Numbered from the stretch's first letter, positions 26,805 through 36,928 are shown. The stretch: 64,000 nucleotides of DNA from an uncultured Pseudomonadota bacterium (GCA_903829815.1 CAIKRR010000030.1:25730-89729), one strand, 5' to 3'. Numbers and translations: made by a program. Notes: generated by a model not told the origin, from the sequence alone.

Positions 26805-27893
26805 ATGATCCGATTCGAGTTGCAGACACACTGGTTTTCGATGATTGTCCCGCTCATGCGCAGCCTTGCCTCCACCCCCCGCGCGCTGCACGCCCCCACC
26901 TGTCACGCCGGCGCTCGGCGTACCCTTGCCTGGGCGATCGCGGCCCTGGCAAGCCTCGCCCTGCCCACCTTCACCACGGACACGGCAGCCGCTCTCGAAT
27001 ACCCGACCCGCGCAGTCACGCTCGTGGTGCCCTTCACCCCGGGCACCGGCATCGACATCATCGCGCGCACGCTCGCCCAGCGCCTCGCTCTTGCCTGGGG
27101 ACAGAGCGTGGTGGTCGACAACAAGCCGGGCGCCAGCAGCAATATCGGCACCGAGTTCGTCGCGCGGGCCGCCCCCGACGGGCATGTGCTGCTGGTCACC
27201 GCCACCAGCTTTGCAACCAATGCCGCCATCAACCGCAACCTGCGCTATGACCCTGTGAACGGCTTTGCCCCGATCGGCGTACTGGCCAACGGCACGCTCA
27301 GCCTGGTGACGAGCAACGCGCTGGCAGCGAGCACCGTGCAAGACCTGGTAGGCCTCGCGCGCCGATCGCCGGGCCAACTGAACTACGGCTCCTCGGGCAA
27401 TGGCACGCCCCAGCACCTCACCATGGAGCTCTTCAAGCTCGATGCCGGGGTGCAGCTCACCCATGTGCCCTACAAGGGCACGGCCGGTGCGATCAACGAT
27501 CTGCTGGCCGGGCGACTCGATGCCATGTTCATTCCGGTGCACACCGCACTGCCCTATATCCAGCAGAACCAGATGCGGATGCTGGCGGTGCTGGCCCCCG
27601 AGCGTCTCGCCGTCGTCGGCAAGGTCGCCACCATGAAGGAGGCGGGGTTTCCGGGGGTTCAGGTAGGAAGCTGGTACGCGATGCTGGCCCCGGCTGGCAC
27701 ACCGCCCGAGCTCATCACCCGCATCAACACCGATATCAACGCGCAGTTGAATTCAGTCGAGGTGGCAGCGACGTTCGCCCGTCAGGGGCTGGCACCGATG
27801 ACAGGCACGCCTGCCCGCCTCGCCGATCTCATTCGCACCGAACTCGCCCGCTGGCCACGCGTGGTGGCAGCAGCGGGCATACAGGCCGACTAG
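26805..27893 (+). CDS. Bug/TctC-family substrate-binding protein
   Basis: Family blocks are TLVVPFTPGTGID, VVVDNKPGASS, PDGHVLL, HVPYKGTAGAINDLLAGR and WYAMLAPAGTP. The start is uncertain (26805, 26841 or 26856). Confidence 0.8.
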   Translation: MIRFELQTHWFSMIVPLMRSLASTPRALHAPTCHAGARRTLAWAIAALASLALPTFTTDTAAALEYPTRAVTLVVPFTPGTGIDIIARTLAQRLALAWGQSVVVDNKPGASSNIGTEFVARAAPDGHVLLVTATSFATNAAINRNLRYDPVNGFAPIGVLANGTLSLVTSNALAASTVQDLVGLARRSPGQLNYGSSGNGTPQHLTMELFKLDAGVQLTHVPYKGTAGAINDLLAGRLDAMFIPVHTALPYIQQNQMRMLAVLAPERLAVVGKVATMKEAGFPGVQVGSWYAMLAPAGTPPELITRINTDINAQLNSVEVAATFARQGLAPMTGTPARLADLIRTELARWPRVVAAAGIQAD

Positions 27894-27927
27894 GGCGCCG
27901 GCCCCGACGCCGACCAGGCCGGCCCCA

Positions 27928-28962
27928 TCAACGGTGCCGGCGCGCAGCGGCCAGTACCGCCTCGTAGTCTTCCTTCAGTTGCGCATTGGCGCCGATGATG
28001 GCCGGCAGCACCGAGGTCACGTCGTCCAGGTAGCGCTTGGCCTCAACCGGAGAAAAGACAATGCTCTGGCCGCCATTTTGTTCCCACACCTTGCGGTCCT
28101 TCTCGGCATCGTCAACGCCACGGGTGCTGAAGAGCACCTCGGCCTTGTGTGCTTCATCACGCACGATGGCCTCGAGTTCCGGGCCCAGCGACTTCATGTA
28201 GTTGCGGTTGACCAGACCTGCCGCGATGAGGAACCCGCCCGGCAGATAGGTCATGTACTTGGTGATGTCGTAGTACTTGAAGGCGGTGAAGATGCTGATC
28301 GAAGCGGTCACGCCATCGATGGTGCGGTTCTGCAGGGCTGGCAGCACCTCACCGAGCGGAATCGACAGCGGCGATGCACCGAGCTTGCGAAAGGGCTCCA
28401 TGTGCAGCGGCGTCGGGCCGGGCACCCGCAGCTTCTGCCCCTTGAAGTCGGGCAATGTGCGGATGGCCTTGTGCGACACGATGACCATGGGGCCGTTTAC
28501 CAGGGTCACCAGGGGCTCGACGCCCTTGGAAGCCCCGAAGGTGGCCAGACGCTTGCGAATCTCGGCATCCTCGAACACGCGCTCGGCGTGCTTCATGTCG
28601 TCGAACAGCCCGGGGGCATCAAACACCAGAAAGCGCGGCTCGAGACCGATGAGAAAGCCTACCGCCGGCATCGTCATCTCGACCGTGCCCAGGGCCACGC
28701 CTTCGACCGTGCGCGGAATGGGCCCGAGCTGGCTGGCCGGGTAGACCTCGACCTTGATGCGTCCGTTGGAGCGCGCCTCGACGCCGGTCTTGAACACCTT
28801 CATCCACTCGTGCGCCACATCGTTCACCGTGGGCGTCGAGAGCTTCATCGTGAACTGCTGGGCCATGGCGCCCGAGGCAGCAAATGCCACCGTGGCCATG
28901 ACAGCGACGCCAAGCGCGCGTCGAACGAGACGCCGTGCCGGCCTGCGGGTCGGGGTATTCAT
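27928..28962 (-). CDS. TRAP transporter substrate-binding protein (DctP family)
   Basis: 344 aa with a signal peptide. The DctP-like pattern is FTMKLSTPTVND..., IKVEVYPASQLG. No DctQ/DctM genes are adjacent. Confidence 0.75.
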   Translation of the reverse strand: MNTPTRRPARRLVRRALGVAVMATVAFAASGAMAQQFTMKLSTPTVNDVAHEWMKVFKTGVEARSNGRIKVEVYPASQLGPIPRTVEGVALGTVEMTMPAVGFLIGLEPRFLVFDAPGLFDDMKHAERVFEDAEIRKRLATFGASKGVEPLVTLVNGPMVIVSHKAIRTLPDFKGQKLRVPGPTPLHMEPFRKLGASPLSIPLGEVLPALQNRTIDGVTASISIFTAFKYYDITKYMTYLPGGFLIAAGLVNRNYMKSLGPELEAIVRDEAHKAEVLFSTRGVDDAEKDRKVWEQNGGQSIVFSPVEAKRYLDDVTSVLPAIIGANAQLKEDYEAVLAAARRHR

Positions 28963-29169
28963 CTGTGAGTGTCTCCTCGTGAATCAGGGGTTCGCGGGGC
29001 TCGTGCCCACCTGCGGCGCAGTGTCATGGCGAGGCGACGGCTTGTCAAGGCAGCGGCGTCGCAAGAGCTGTCCCGCAACGGCGGCGTCAATGCTAGGATC
29101 GCGCGCTTCGGCAGGCCGGGGCACGCAAGGCTCGGGCGAGTGCCAGGCCAGTCAAGCAGGGGAGACACG

Positions 29170-30000
29170 ATGGATTTCAGCATGCTGGAAGCAGTGAAGG
29201 TCGAAATCGACGAGGGCATTGCCTGGGTCACGATGAACCGGCCAGACAAGCGCAACGCGATGAGCCCGCAGATGCACAACGAGATGATCGAGGTGCTCAG
29301 GTACCTCGCCACCGCGCCCGAAGCCAAGCTGCTTGTCCTCACCGGGGCCGGCAACAGTTGGAGCGCAGGGCAGGACATCAAGCAGTTCTTTCGCGACCTC
29401 GATGACAAGCCTGCCGAGAAGTACAACATGCTGCTCGCCAGTCACGAGTGGCGCTGGAACCAGCTCTCGCGTTTCCCCAAGCCCACCATCGCCATGGTGA
29501 ATGGCTACTGCTTCGGGGCAGCCTTCACGCCGCTGGTCGCCTGCGACTTCGCCATCGCTGCCGATGACGCACCCTTTGGCCTGTCGGAAATCAACTGGGG
29601 CATCCTCCCCGCCGGGCTCGTCTCGAAGGTGATGCTCGACTCGGTGAGCTATCGCAACGCCAAGTTCTACGCGCTGACCGGGCGCCCTTTCGATGGTCGC
29701 AAGGCGGCCGAAATGGGGCTCATCGACTTCTCGGTGCCGGCCGAATCGCTGCGTGAAGAAACGAAGAAACTCGCCCAGGAACTGCTTGCCAAGAACCCGC
29801 AGACCTATCGATCGATCAAGGAAGCGCTCAACCACCTGCGCGGCATGAGTGCCGATCAGGCCAACGACTACCTGAAGGCCAAGGAAGCCGAAATGCGTTT
29901 CATGGACCGCGAGCAAGGCCGCGCCCAGGGCATGAAGCAGTTCCTCGATGACAAGACCTACCGGCCGGGTCTGGGACACTACAAGCGCGACGCCGAGTAA
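29170..30000 (+). CDS. Crotonase-superfamily enzyme closely resembling p-hydroxycinnamoyl-CoA (feruloyl-CoA) hydratase/lyase (HCHL/Ech)
   Basis: The start ATG 29170 follows GGAGAC. It is colinear with Pseudomonas HCHL as I recall it: VKVEI.EGIAWV..NRP.KRNAMSP, KPTIAMVNG.CFG, FGLSEINWG and C-terminal GMKQFLDDK...PGL..YKR. Confidence 0.7.
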   Translation: MDFSMLEAVKVEIDEGIAWVTMNRPDKRNAMSPQMHNEMIEVLRYLATAPEAKLLVLTGAGNSWSAGQDIKQFFRDLDDKPAEKYNMLLASHEWRWNQLSRFPKPTIAMVNGYCFGAAFTPLVACDFAIAADDAPFGLSEINWGILPAGLVSKVMLDSVSYRNAKFYALTGRPFDGRKAAEMGLIDFSVPAESLREETKKLAQELLAKNPQTYRSIKEALNHLRGMSADQANDYLKAKEAEMRFMDREQGRAQGMKQFLDDKTYRPGLGHYKRDAE

Positions 30001-30040
30001 CCCTCAGGGCCGTCCCGGCACAGCGATCAGAGAGAGCACG

Positions 30041-31192
30041 ATGGATTTCGATTTCACCGACGAACAGAACATGCTGCGCGACGCCGTGCGCAAGATGATG
30101 GACCGCGTCGCCACCCCCGACTATGTCCGTCGGCTCGATCGTGAACAGGCCTACCCCACCGAGCTCTATCAGGCCTGGGTCGACATGGGGCTGATCGGGC
30201 TGCCCTTCCCCGAGACCTATGGCGGCTCGGGTGGCAGCGTCATCGACATGGTGATCCTGGCCGAGGAACTTTCGCGCAAGAGTGCCGACTTCTACATGGC
30301 CTATGCGGGCAGTGTCTTCTGCGGACTCAACGTGCTGCGCAAGGGCTCGGAGGAGCAAAAGCAGCTCTGGCTGCCCAAACTGCTGTCGGGCGATATCCGC
30401 ATGTCGATCTCGATGTCAGAGCCCGATGCCGGGTCCGATGTCGGTGCGATGCGCACCACCGCCCGTCGTGACGGCGACGACTGGATCATCAACGGCCAGA
30501 AAGTCTGGGCGACCGGTGCCGGCGCGAAAGACAACGTCATCAACGTCTACGTGAAGACCGACACCGCGGCGAATTACCGTCAGGGGATGTCGCTCTTTCT
30601 CGTCGACAACACCGCCCCCGGCCTGGAGATCCGCAAGCTCGACATGCTGGGTCGGCGCTGCGTGGGCACCTACGAACTCTTTTTCAACGACGTTCGCGTG
30701 CCCGCAAGCCAACTCGTCGGTGGCGAGAACAAGGGCTGGGAGTGCGTGCTCTCGGGCCTGCAGATCGAGCGACTGTGCTCGGCGGCTGGCAACTGCGGCG
30801 CAGCGCAGGCGGCTGTCGATCTGGCACTCGACTACGCGCGAGAGCGCAAGCAGTTCGGGCGTCCGATCGGCACCTTCCAGGCCATTGCCCACATGCTCGC
30901 CGACATGCAGACCGAGGTCGATGCCGCGCGCGCCCTCACCTGGCGCGCCGCCTGGATGGTGTCTACCGGGCGCGATGCGCTGCGCGAGATCTCGATGGCC
31001 AAGCTCTACTCGTCGGAAACCTATGTGAAGATAGCCAACCAGGGCATGCAGATCCTGGGTGGCTACGGCTACAACATGGAATTCGACATGCAGCGCCACT
31101 ATCGCGATGCACGCTCGGCCACCGTGGCGGCCGGCAGTTCACAGATGCAGCGCAATGTGATCGCCGGCCTCATGGGCCTGAAAGTGCAATAG
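30041..31192 (+). CDS. Acyl-CoA dehydrogenase
   Basis: It starts MDFDFTDEQNMLRD. It has ACAD blocks (ISMSEPDAGSD, GQKVWATGA, RKQFGRPIG.FQA, YRDARS.TV..GSSQMQRN). Confidence 0.85.
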   Translation: MDFDFTDEQNMLRDAVRKMMDRVATPDYVRRLDREQAYPTELYQAWVDMGLIGLPFPETYGGSGGSVIDMVILAEELSRKSADFYMAYAGSVFCGLNVLRKGSEEQKQLWLPKLLSGDIRMSISMSEPDAGSDVGAMRTTARRDGDDWIINGQKVWATGAGAKDNVINVYVKTDTAANYRQGMSLFLVDNTAPGLEIRKLDMLGRRCVGTYELFFNDVRVPASQLVGGENKGWECVLSGLQIERLCSAAGNCGAAQAAVDLALDYARERKQFGRPIGTFQAIAHMLADMQTEVDAARALTWRAAWMVSTGRDALREISMAKLYSSETYVKIANQGMQILGGYGYNMEFDMQRHYRDARSATVAAGSSQMQRNVIAGLMGLKVQ

Positions 31193-31313
31193 CAGCTCCT
31201 GCAACAGCCGGCTCAGCGCTTGCCGCTGAAACCATCACCGAACGCTACGACGGCCATCACGTTCCGGGCCCTGACGGCAATGCAATGGTCCGACCGCAGC
31301 CGGTGTCTGCGGA

Positions 31314-32354
31314 TCAGAGCTGGTCGGCCGAGATCTTCGCCTCGCGGATGATCTTGCCGTAGCGGGTCACCTCGAGATCGATCAGACGAGCGAATTCCTC
31401 GGGGCCCGATCCGATGACCTCGAAACCCTCGGGCGGGAAGCGCACCTTGATATCGGGCTCGAGAAAGCCCTTGCGCGCTGCCGCGGCAATCTGCGCGGCG
31501 AGCGGCGCCGGCAGGCCGCGCGGGCCCCACAAGCCGTACCACGAAGACATGGTGAACCCGGGCATCACGGTCTCAGCCAGCGTGGGCACCGAGGGCACGC
31601 CAACATTGCGCTTGAGGCTGGTGACCGCAATCGCACGCAGGCGGCCATCGCGCACATGCGAGATGAGCGACAGTATCGGTGTCGACATGCCGGCCACCTG
31701 CCCGCCCAGCGTGTCGCTGATGGCAGGCCCCATGCCCTTGTACGGAACAATGGTGAGTGGCGCGTTGAGTACCGAGCGGAATGACTCGGCCACCAGATGA
31801 TCAGGTGAACCGATGGCCGCAATCGCCCAGTTGAGCGGCACATCGCGCCGCGCCATCAGGTCTCGGATGTCGTTGATACCCGAGGCCGGATGCACGGTGA
31901 CGATGAGCGGCACCTCGGCAATCTGGGTAATGGGCGCGAAGTCGGCCACGGCATCGTAGGGCACCTGCTTCATGATGAGCGCGTTGATGAGGTGCACTGA
32001 GGCACTGATCATCAGCATGTAGCCATCAGGAGGCGCCTTCGCCACGAGCGAGGCGCCGATCACCCCGCTGCCACCCGGCTTGTTCTCGACGATGAAGGGT
32101 TGACCAAAGGCATCCGAGAGCTTCTGCGCCAGTGTGCGCGCAACCGCATCGGTACCGCCGCCCGGCGGCGCCGGGAGGATGAGGCGCACCGGGCGCACCG
32201 GCCAGGCCTGTGCCTGGGCGTCAGAGGCTGCCGACAAGAGGCACGCAAGGCCTGTCACGGCACTCATCACGACCCCAACCAGCAACCGCGGAAGCGTGCC
32301 GTGCGCGCAGCTCTGGCTATCAGCCGGCCGCTCCACCCTGCAAGCGCCGGTCAC
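31314..32354 (-). CDS. Bug/TctC-family substrate-binding protein
   Basis: Family blocks are RLILPAPPGGGTD, FIVENKPGGSG, PDGYMLM, IVPYKGMGPA and WYGLWGPRG. The putative GTG start overlaps the VOC stop (GTGA at 32351-32354). An alternative ATG is at 32267. Confidence 0.8.
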   Translation of the reverse strand: MTGACRVERPADSQSCAHGTLPRLLVGVVMSAVTGLACLLSAASDAQAQAWPVRPVRLILPAPPGGGTDAVARTLAQKLSDAFGQPFIVENKPGGSGVIGASLVAKAPPDGYMLMISASVHLINALIMKQVPYDAVADFAPITQIAEVPLIVTVHPASGINDIRDLMARRDVPLNWAIAAIGSPDHLVAESFRSVLNAPLTIVPYKGMGPAISDTLGGQVAGMSTPILSLISHVRDGRLRAIAVTSLKRNVGVPSVPTLAETVMPGFTMSSWYGLWGPRGLPAPLAAQIAAAARKGFLEPDIKVRFPPEGFEVIGSGPEEFARLIDLEVTRYGKIIREAKISADQL

Positions 32355-32917
32355 TGCACGCCCGGGTCGATGTCAGTGGGGTTTTCCTCGCCAGCAACGC
32401 TCGCCTTGCCCACTGCGGCGGCATCCGGACGCTGATGACGAAAGCCGTGGGCAAAGTGCCCTTTGCCCTCGAGATCGCCCTTGTCGAAGATCCACCGATA
32501 ACCGTCTACCGGATTGGAAAGAATCTCCCAGCAATTGTCGTCCAGATCCCAGAAGAGAAAGCTGTAAGTGCCGTGTCGTGCCGAGGGACGGCTGATGTCC
32601 TTCAGCGACCAGTGCTCAGCCTGCTCGAGGCACTTCTGGTAGGCCGCGTCGACCTCGGCATCGGTCTGGACATCGACCCCATTGTGGTAGTGCCGCGGCA
32701 TCACTTCCTTGTCGCGGGTCTGCACGACGGCATAGACATGGGCACCACCAAGGCGAATCATCAGCGAGATCGGGCTGGTGCGGACCGCCTGCAAGCCCAG
32801 AAATTCTTCATAGAAGCGGCGACTGCGCTCGATGTCATGGGAGCCCAGCGTGCCGTGCGAGATGAATCGGGTACGAATGGCAGGGGTGCTCGCCTGCTGC
32901 TGGGCATCATCGGCCAT
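32351..32917 (-). CDS. VOC (glyoxalase/bleomycin-resistance/extradiol dioxygenase) family protein
   Basis: The start ATG 32915-32917 is preceded by GAGGAG. A VOC-like beta-alpha-beta-beta-beta pattern is present (ISHGTLGSHDIERSRRFYEEFLGL...). It carries a roughly 50-aa C-terminal extension. Confidence 0.6.
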   Translation of the reverse strand: MADDAQQQASTPAIRTRFISHGTLGSHDIERSRRFYEEFLGLQAVRTSPISLMIRLGGAHVYAVVQTRDKEVMPRHYHNGVDVQTDAEVDAAYQKCLEQAEHWSLKDISRPSARHGTYSFLFWDLDDNCWEILSNPVDGYRWIFDKGDLEGKGHFAHGFRHQRPDAAAVGKASVAGEENPTDIDPGVQ

Positions 32918-33089
32918 GTCATGTCTCCTCAATCGGGTCGATCTGGATTGTACAATGCGCTGCGGCATTACCCGGTCAGCGCAGCCAAGGCTGACAGGGT
33001 TGATGCCACCTGCGCCTCACGCAGGCGGAGAGCGTAACCCGTAGCGAACCCTCGTCGCGCATGAGCCAGACCTGGTCAAGGAGTGCCCC

Positions 33090-34049
33090 ATGAGTGCAAG
33101 GGCAGGACGCATCGACGTTCATTTCCACATCGTGCCCCCCTTCTATGCAGAGGCGGTGCAGGCGGCCGGTGCGGCACCGGCGCGCGGGGCCTTTCCCGAT
33201 TGGTCGGCCGATGCGTCGATTGCCCTCATGGACCGCTTCGGCATCGCCCTCGCCCTCACCTCGGTGACCTTCCCCGGCGTGCACTTCATGGACCCAGCCA
33301 CCGCCCGCACGATGGCCAGACGCTGCAACGACTTCTCCACCGGACTGCATCGCGCAGCGCCCGACCGGTTCGGCGCATTTGCGCTCATCCCGATGCATGA
33401 CAGCGCGAGCGCCATCGCCGAGATCGGCTATGCGCTCGATACCCTGGGTCACGACGGCGTGTGCCTCTTCACCAGCTACGACACGCGCTTTCTCGGTCAC
33501 CCCGACTTCGACCCGGTAATGGCCGAACTCGACCGGCGCTCGGCGGTGGTCTTCATCCATCCGACCTTCAGCCCCGGAAGCCAGTCGGTCGGGCTCTTTC
33601 CGGGCTTCGTGATGGAATATCCGTTCGACACCACCCGAGCTGCGGCCAACCTGATCCTGAGCCGCACGCTCGAACGCTACCCGTCGATACGGTTCATCCT
33701 CTCGCACGCGGGTGGCACCCTCCCCTTCCTCGCCTGGCGATTGTCGATTTCACCCCTCATCGCACCGAAAGCACTCACGATGACACCCGAGGCGGTGATG
33801 GCCGGGGTCAAGCACTTCTGGTACGACACGGCGCTCTCGCCCGGTCGCGCCGCGCTGGTTGCGCTCGAGGAGTGTGCCGCGCCCGAGCGCATTCTTTTTG
33901 GCAGCGACTGGCCCTATGCCAATGCCGATGTGGTCGACCGTGCCATGGGCCTGTATGAAGCGCCCGGCCTGCTGCCCGAGAACACCCGAGCGGCCATCGA
34001 TCGTGGCAATGCACTGAAACTCTTTCCACATCTGGGAGACGCGCGATGA
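33090..34049 (+). CDS. Amidohydrolase_2 (ACMSD/LigW/LigI-type metal-dependent decarboxylase or hydrolase) family protein
   Basis: 319 aa with N-terminal RIDVHFHIVPP (HxH metal motif), ..HAGG.. and a late FGSDWPY block typical of this family. Confidence 0.75.
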   Translation: MSARAGRIDVHFHIVPPFYAEAVQAAGAAPARGAFPDWSADASIALMDRFGIALALTSVTFPGVHFMDPATARTMARRCNDFSTGLHRAAPDRFGAFALIPMHDSASAIAEIGYALDTLGHDGVCLFTSYDTRFLGHPDFDPVMAELDRRSAVVFIHPTFSPGSQSVGLFPGFVMEYPFDTTRAAANLILSRTLERYPSIRFILSHAGGTLPFLAWRLSISPLIAPKALTMTPEAVMAGVKHFWYDTALSPGRAALVALEECAAPERILFGSDWPYANADVVDRAMGLYEAPGLLPENTRAAIDRGNALKLFPHLGDAR

Positions 34050-35011
34050 TCGGTCGACTCGTCACGACACTGGCCGCGACGGCCAGTCTGCTGGCAGCAG
34101 GTGCGGTGGCCGCCGCGGACTGGCCGACGGGTCCGGTGCGGATCATCATCCCCTACCCCCCCGGTGGCGCCACCGACATCACCGGGCGCATGCTCGCCGA
34201 AGAGTTTGCGAAGACCTTCGGACAACCCTTCCTCGTCGACAACCGTGCCGGCGCCGACACCCAGATCGGCACCGAGGCAGTCGTGCGCGCACGACCTGAC
34301 GGCCAGACACTGCTCTACACCGCAGCCCCTCTGGTCATTGGCCCGGCGCTCTACCCGAAGATGAGCTACGACCCGCTGCGTGATCTCGAACCGGTGGCGC
34401 GGGTGGTCGAGAACGGCATGCTGCTGGTTGCACACCCAAGCGGTGCCGCCAGCATCCAGGCGCTGCTCGCGGCCGCGCGCGCCAGGCCCGGTGCACTCAC
34501 CTTTGCCTCGTCGGGCTATACCGGCGTGAGCTTCATGGCGAGCGAACTGCTCGCATCGGTAGCAGGGATACAGATCACGGCCGTACCCTACAAGGGCACC
34601 GGTCAGATCATTCCAGACCTCCTCGGCGGTCAGGTGGGCTACTTCTTCGACAACCCAAGCACCAGCATCGGCAACGTGAAGTCAGGTCGGCTGCGCGCCC
34701 TGGGCTATACCGGTGCAAGACGGCTGCCGGCATTGCCCGATGTGCCCACCTTCGTCGAATCGGGCGTACCTGCCTACGAAACCGTGAACTGGTGCGGCTT
34801 GCTTGCCCCCGTGGGTACACCGGCCGCGGTGCTCGACCGACTCAATGCCGAGGCAACACGCCTGTTGCGTCGAGCCGACTTTGCCGAGCGGATCGAGCGC
34901 GATGGGCTGGTACCAGTCGCCTCGAGCAGAGCCGAGTTCGGCGCGTTCATGCGGGCGGAAGCCGGCAAGTGGGCAAAGCTCGTCCAGGAACGCAATATCC
35001 GTATCGACTGA
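34046..35011 (+). CDS. Bug/TctC-family substrate-binding protein
   Basis: ATGA overlap with the amidohydrolase stop. Blocks are RIIIPYPPGGATD, FLVDNRAGADT, PDGQTLL and AVPYKGTGQIIPDLLGGQV. Confidence 0.85.
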   Translation: MIGRLVTTLAATASLLAAGAVAAADWPTGPVRIIIPYPPGGATDITGRMLAEEFAKTFGQPFLVDNRAGADTQIGTEAVVRARPDGQTLLYTAAPLVIGPALYPKMSYDPLRDLEPVARVVENGMLLVAHPSGAASIQALLAAARARPGALTFASSGYTGVSFMASELLASVAGIQITAVPYKGTGQIIPDLLGGQVGYFFDNPSTSIGNVKSGRLRALGYTGARRLPALPDVPTFVESGVPAYETVNWCGLLAPVGTPAAVLDRLNAEATRLLRRADFAERIERDGLVPVASSRAEFGAFMRAEAGKWAKLVQERNIRID

Positions 35012-35035
35012 GGCCCCACCTCAACCGAGGACACC

Positions 35036-36112
35036 ATGGCAACTGTACGGGCGAACCGATGGACGCGGCGCGTTATCGCTGCACTGTTCACGACGGCACT
35101 GAGTGCGCCTGCCATCGTGGCGGCACAACCGACAGCAGGGACGCTGCCCGGCAGTCAATCCACCGGCGGCGCAGCGGCTGGAAATACATCGGCCGAGCCT
35201 GCAACGGCCGCTGCCGCGTGGCCCTCGCGCCCAGTGCGCCTCATCGTGCCCTTCCCTGCCGGGGGGAGCACGATGGAGCAGGTGGTGCGACTGCTCACCC
35301 AGGACATGCCACGCTCACTGGGCCATCCGGTGCTCATCGACAACCGACCCGGGGCCGGCACGGTGATCGGGGTCGACCAGGCTGCGCGCTCCACCGATGG
35401 CCACACCTTTGTCGGTGTGGCCAACAGCTTCACGGTGAATGCCTCACTCGTGAAGACCCTGCCCTACGACACCTTGCGTGACCTGCGCCCGATCGTGCTG
35501 CTCGCACGCACCCCCAACGTGCTCGCTGCACACCCGAGCGTGCCCGCATCTACCCTCACCGAACTCGTCGCCTGGGCGCGCGCGCATCCAGGCAAGCTCT
35601 CGTACGCATCGTTCGGCAACGGCACCACTGCGCACTTTGCAGGCGAGATGCTCAAGGCGGCCGCCGGCATCGACATCGTGCACATTCCGTACAAGGGTCA
35701 GGGGCCCGGCCTCACCGACCTGCTGGCGGGCAATGTCGACATCATGTTCGGCAACCTGAGCGACATGCTGCCCCACATCCGTGCCGGCAAGCTGAAGGGC
35801 TACGGCACCACCTTCCTGCAACGTGTGGCACAAACGCCCGAGCTGCCAACCATCGCCGAGCAGGGCTATCCGCGCTTCGAGACCGACTCGTGGTACGGGC
35901 TGATGGCGCCAGCCGCCACGCCTCGCGAGGTCGTGACGCGCCTGAATCTTCTTTTCAATCAGGCACTGGCCGAACCGGCCACGCGTCGGTCGCTGACCAG
36001 CCAGGGGTTCGAGGTGTTGGGCGGCACCCCTGAGCAGTTCGGTGCCCACTTGCAACGCGAGATCGCCAAATACGCGCAGATCGTGCGCCAGTCGGGCATG
36101 ACGATCGACTAG
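35036..36112 (+). CDS. Bug/TctC-family substrate-binding protein
   Basis: 358 aa with a long signal/linker region. Blocks are RLIVPFPAGGSTM, VLIDNRPGAGT, HIPYKGQGPGLTDLLAGNV and WYGLMAPAATP. Confidence 0.85.
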   Translation: MATVRANRWTRRVIAALFTTALSAPAIVAAQPTAGTLPGSQSTGGAAAGNTSAEPATAAAAWPSRPVRLIVPFPAGGSTMEQVVRLLTQDMPRSLGHPVLIDNRPGAGTVIGVDQAARSTDGHTFVGVANSFTVNASLVKTLPYDTLRDLRPIVLLARTPNVLAAHPSVPASTLTELVAWARAHPGKLSYASFGNGTTAHFAGEMLKAAAGIDIVHIPYKGQGPGLTDLLAGNVDIMFGNLSDMLPHIRAGKLKGYGTTFLQRVAQTPELPTIAEQGYPRFETDSWYGLMAPAATPREVVTRLNLLFNQALAEPATRRSLTSQGFEVLGGTPEQFGAHLQREIAKYAQIVRQSGMTID

Positions 36113-36136
36113 CGCGATACCGACCCGATCGACCGA

Positions 36137-36922
36137 CTACAGATCGGCCCAGCCGCCATCGACCGGCAGGTCGACGCCCGTGATCTGGCGCGATGCATCG
36201 CTCGCGAGGAACAGCACGGCATTGGCCACATCCTCGCCGGTGCTGATGCGCCGCAGTGCGTATTCATTTTCGAAACTGCGGCGCGCGTCCTCGATCGACA
36301 GGCCCAGCTTTCGCGCCTTCTCGGGCAGCACCTTGTTGTCGAAACGATCACCCTCCACCATGCCAGGGGCGACATAGTTGACGTTGATGTTCCAGGGTCC
36401 GACCTCGATGGCCGTGCTCTTGGTGATGCCGCGCAGGCCCCACTTGGATGCGCTGTACGCCATGCGACCCGAACGCCCACGCATGCCGAAGGTGCCGCCC
36501 ACGTTGACGATCTTGCCGTAGCGGCGCGTCATCATGCCCGGGATGACCGCACGCATCATGAGCCAGCAGCCCTTCATGTTGAGATCGAGAATTTCCTCGA
36601 ACTCGGCCACGGTGTTCTCGTGGCCGGGCCGCTCGATCGGGCCGGTACCACCCGCGCAGTTCACCAGGATATCGACGCGCCCGAAATGCGCCTCGGCCCG
36701 CGCCATCATCGCCTGCACCGACGCTTCGTCGGTGACGTCGCAGGCGATGGGCAGCGCACGACGCCCGAGTGCCTCGACCTGGGCAGCAATCGCACCCAGC
36801 GCAACCGCATCGCGCGCGACCAGCACGACATCGGCACCCGCCCGTGCCAGGGCGAGCGTGATGTCCTGCCCCATGCCCTTGGCCGGTCCGGTGACCAGTG
36901 CAATGCGGCCCTCGAGGTTCAT
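36137..36922 (-). CDS. Classical SDR-family oxidoreductase
   Basis: 261 aa with the cofactor motif VTGPAKGMG, NCAG and the canonical catalytic YSASK (YxxxK). Confidence 0.85.
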   Translation of the reverse strand: MNLEGRIALVTGPAKGMGQDITLALARAGADVVLVARDAVALGAIAAQVEALGRRALPIACDVTDEASVQAMMARAEAHFGRVDILVNCAGGTGPIERPGHENTVAEFEEILDLNMKGCWLMMRAVIPGMMTRRYGKIVNVGGTFGMRGRSGRMAYSASKWGLRGITKSTAIEVGPWNINVNYVAPGMVEGDRFDNKVLPEKARKLGLSIEDARRSFENEYALRRISTGEDVANAVLFLASDASRQITGVDLPVDGGWADL

Positions 36923-36928
36923 GATCGC

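Noticed and set aside
28969-29169. 67-aa N-terminal extension of the HCHL-like ORF. Analogous extensions occur at 29948-30040, 37949-38011, 61714-61809, 17530-17826 and 14049-14147.
   Set aside because: The internal ATGs have Shine-Dalgarno-like sequences or stop/start coupling and give homologue-length proteins. The extensions are Arg-rich and would run across promoter regions or upstream genes.
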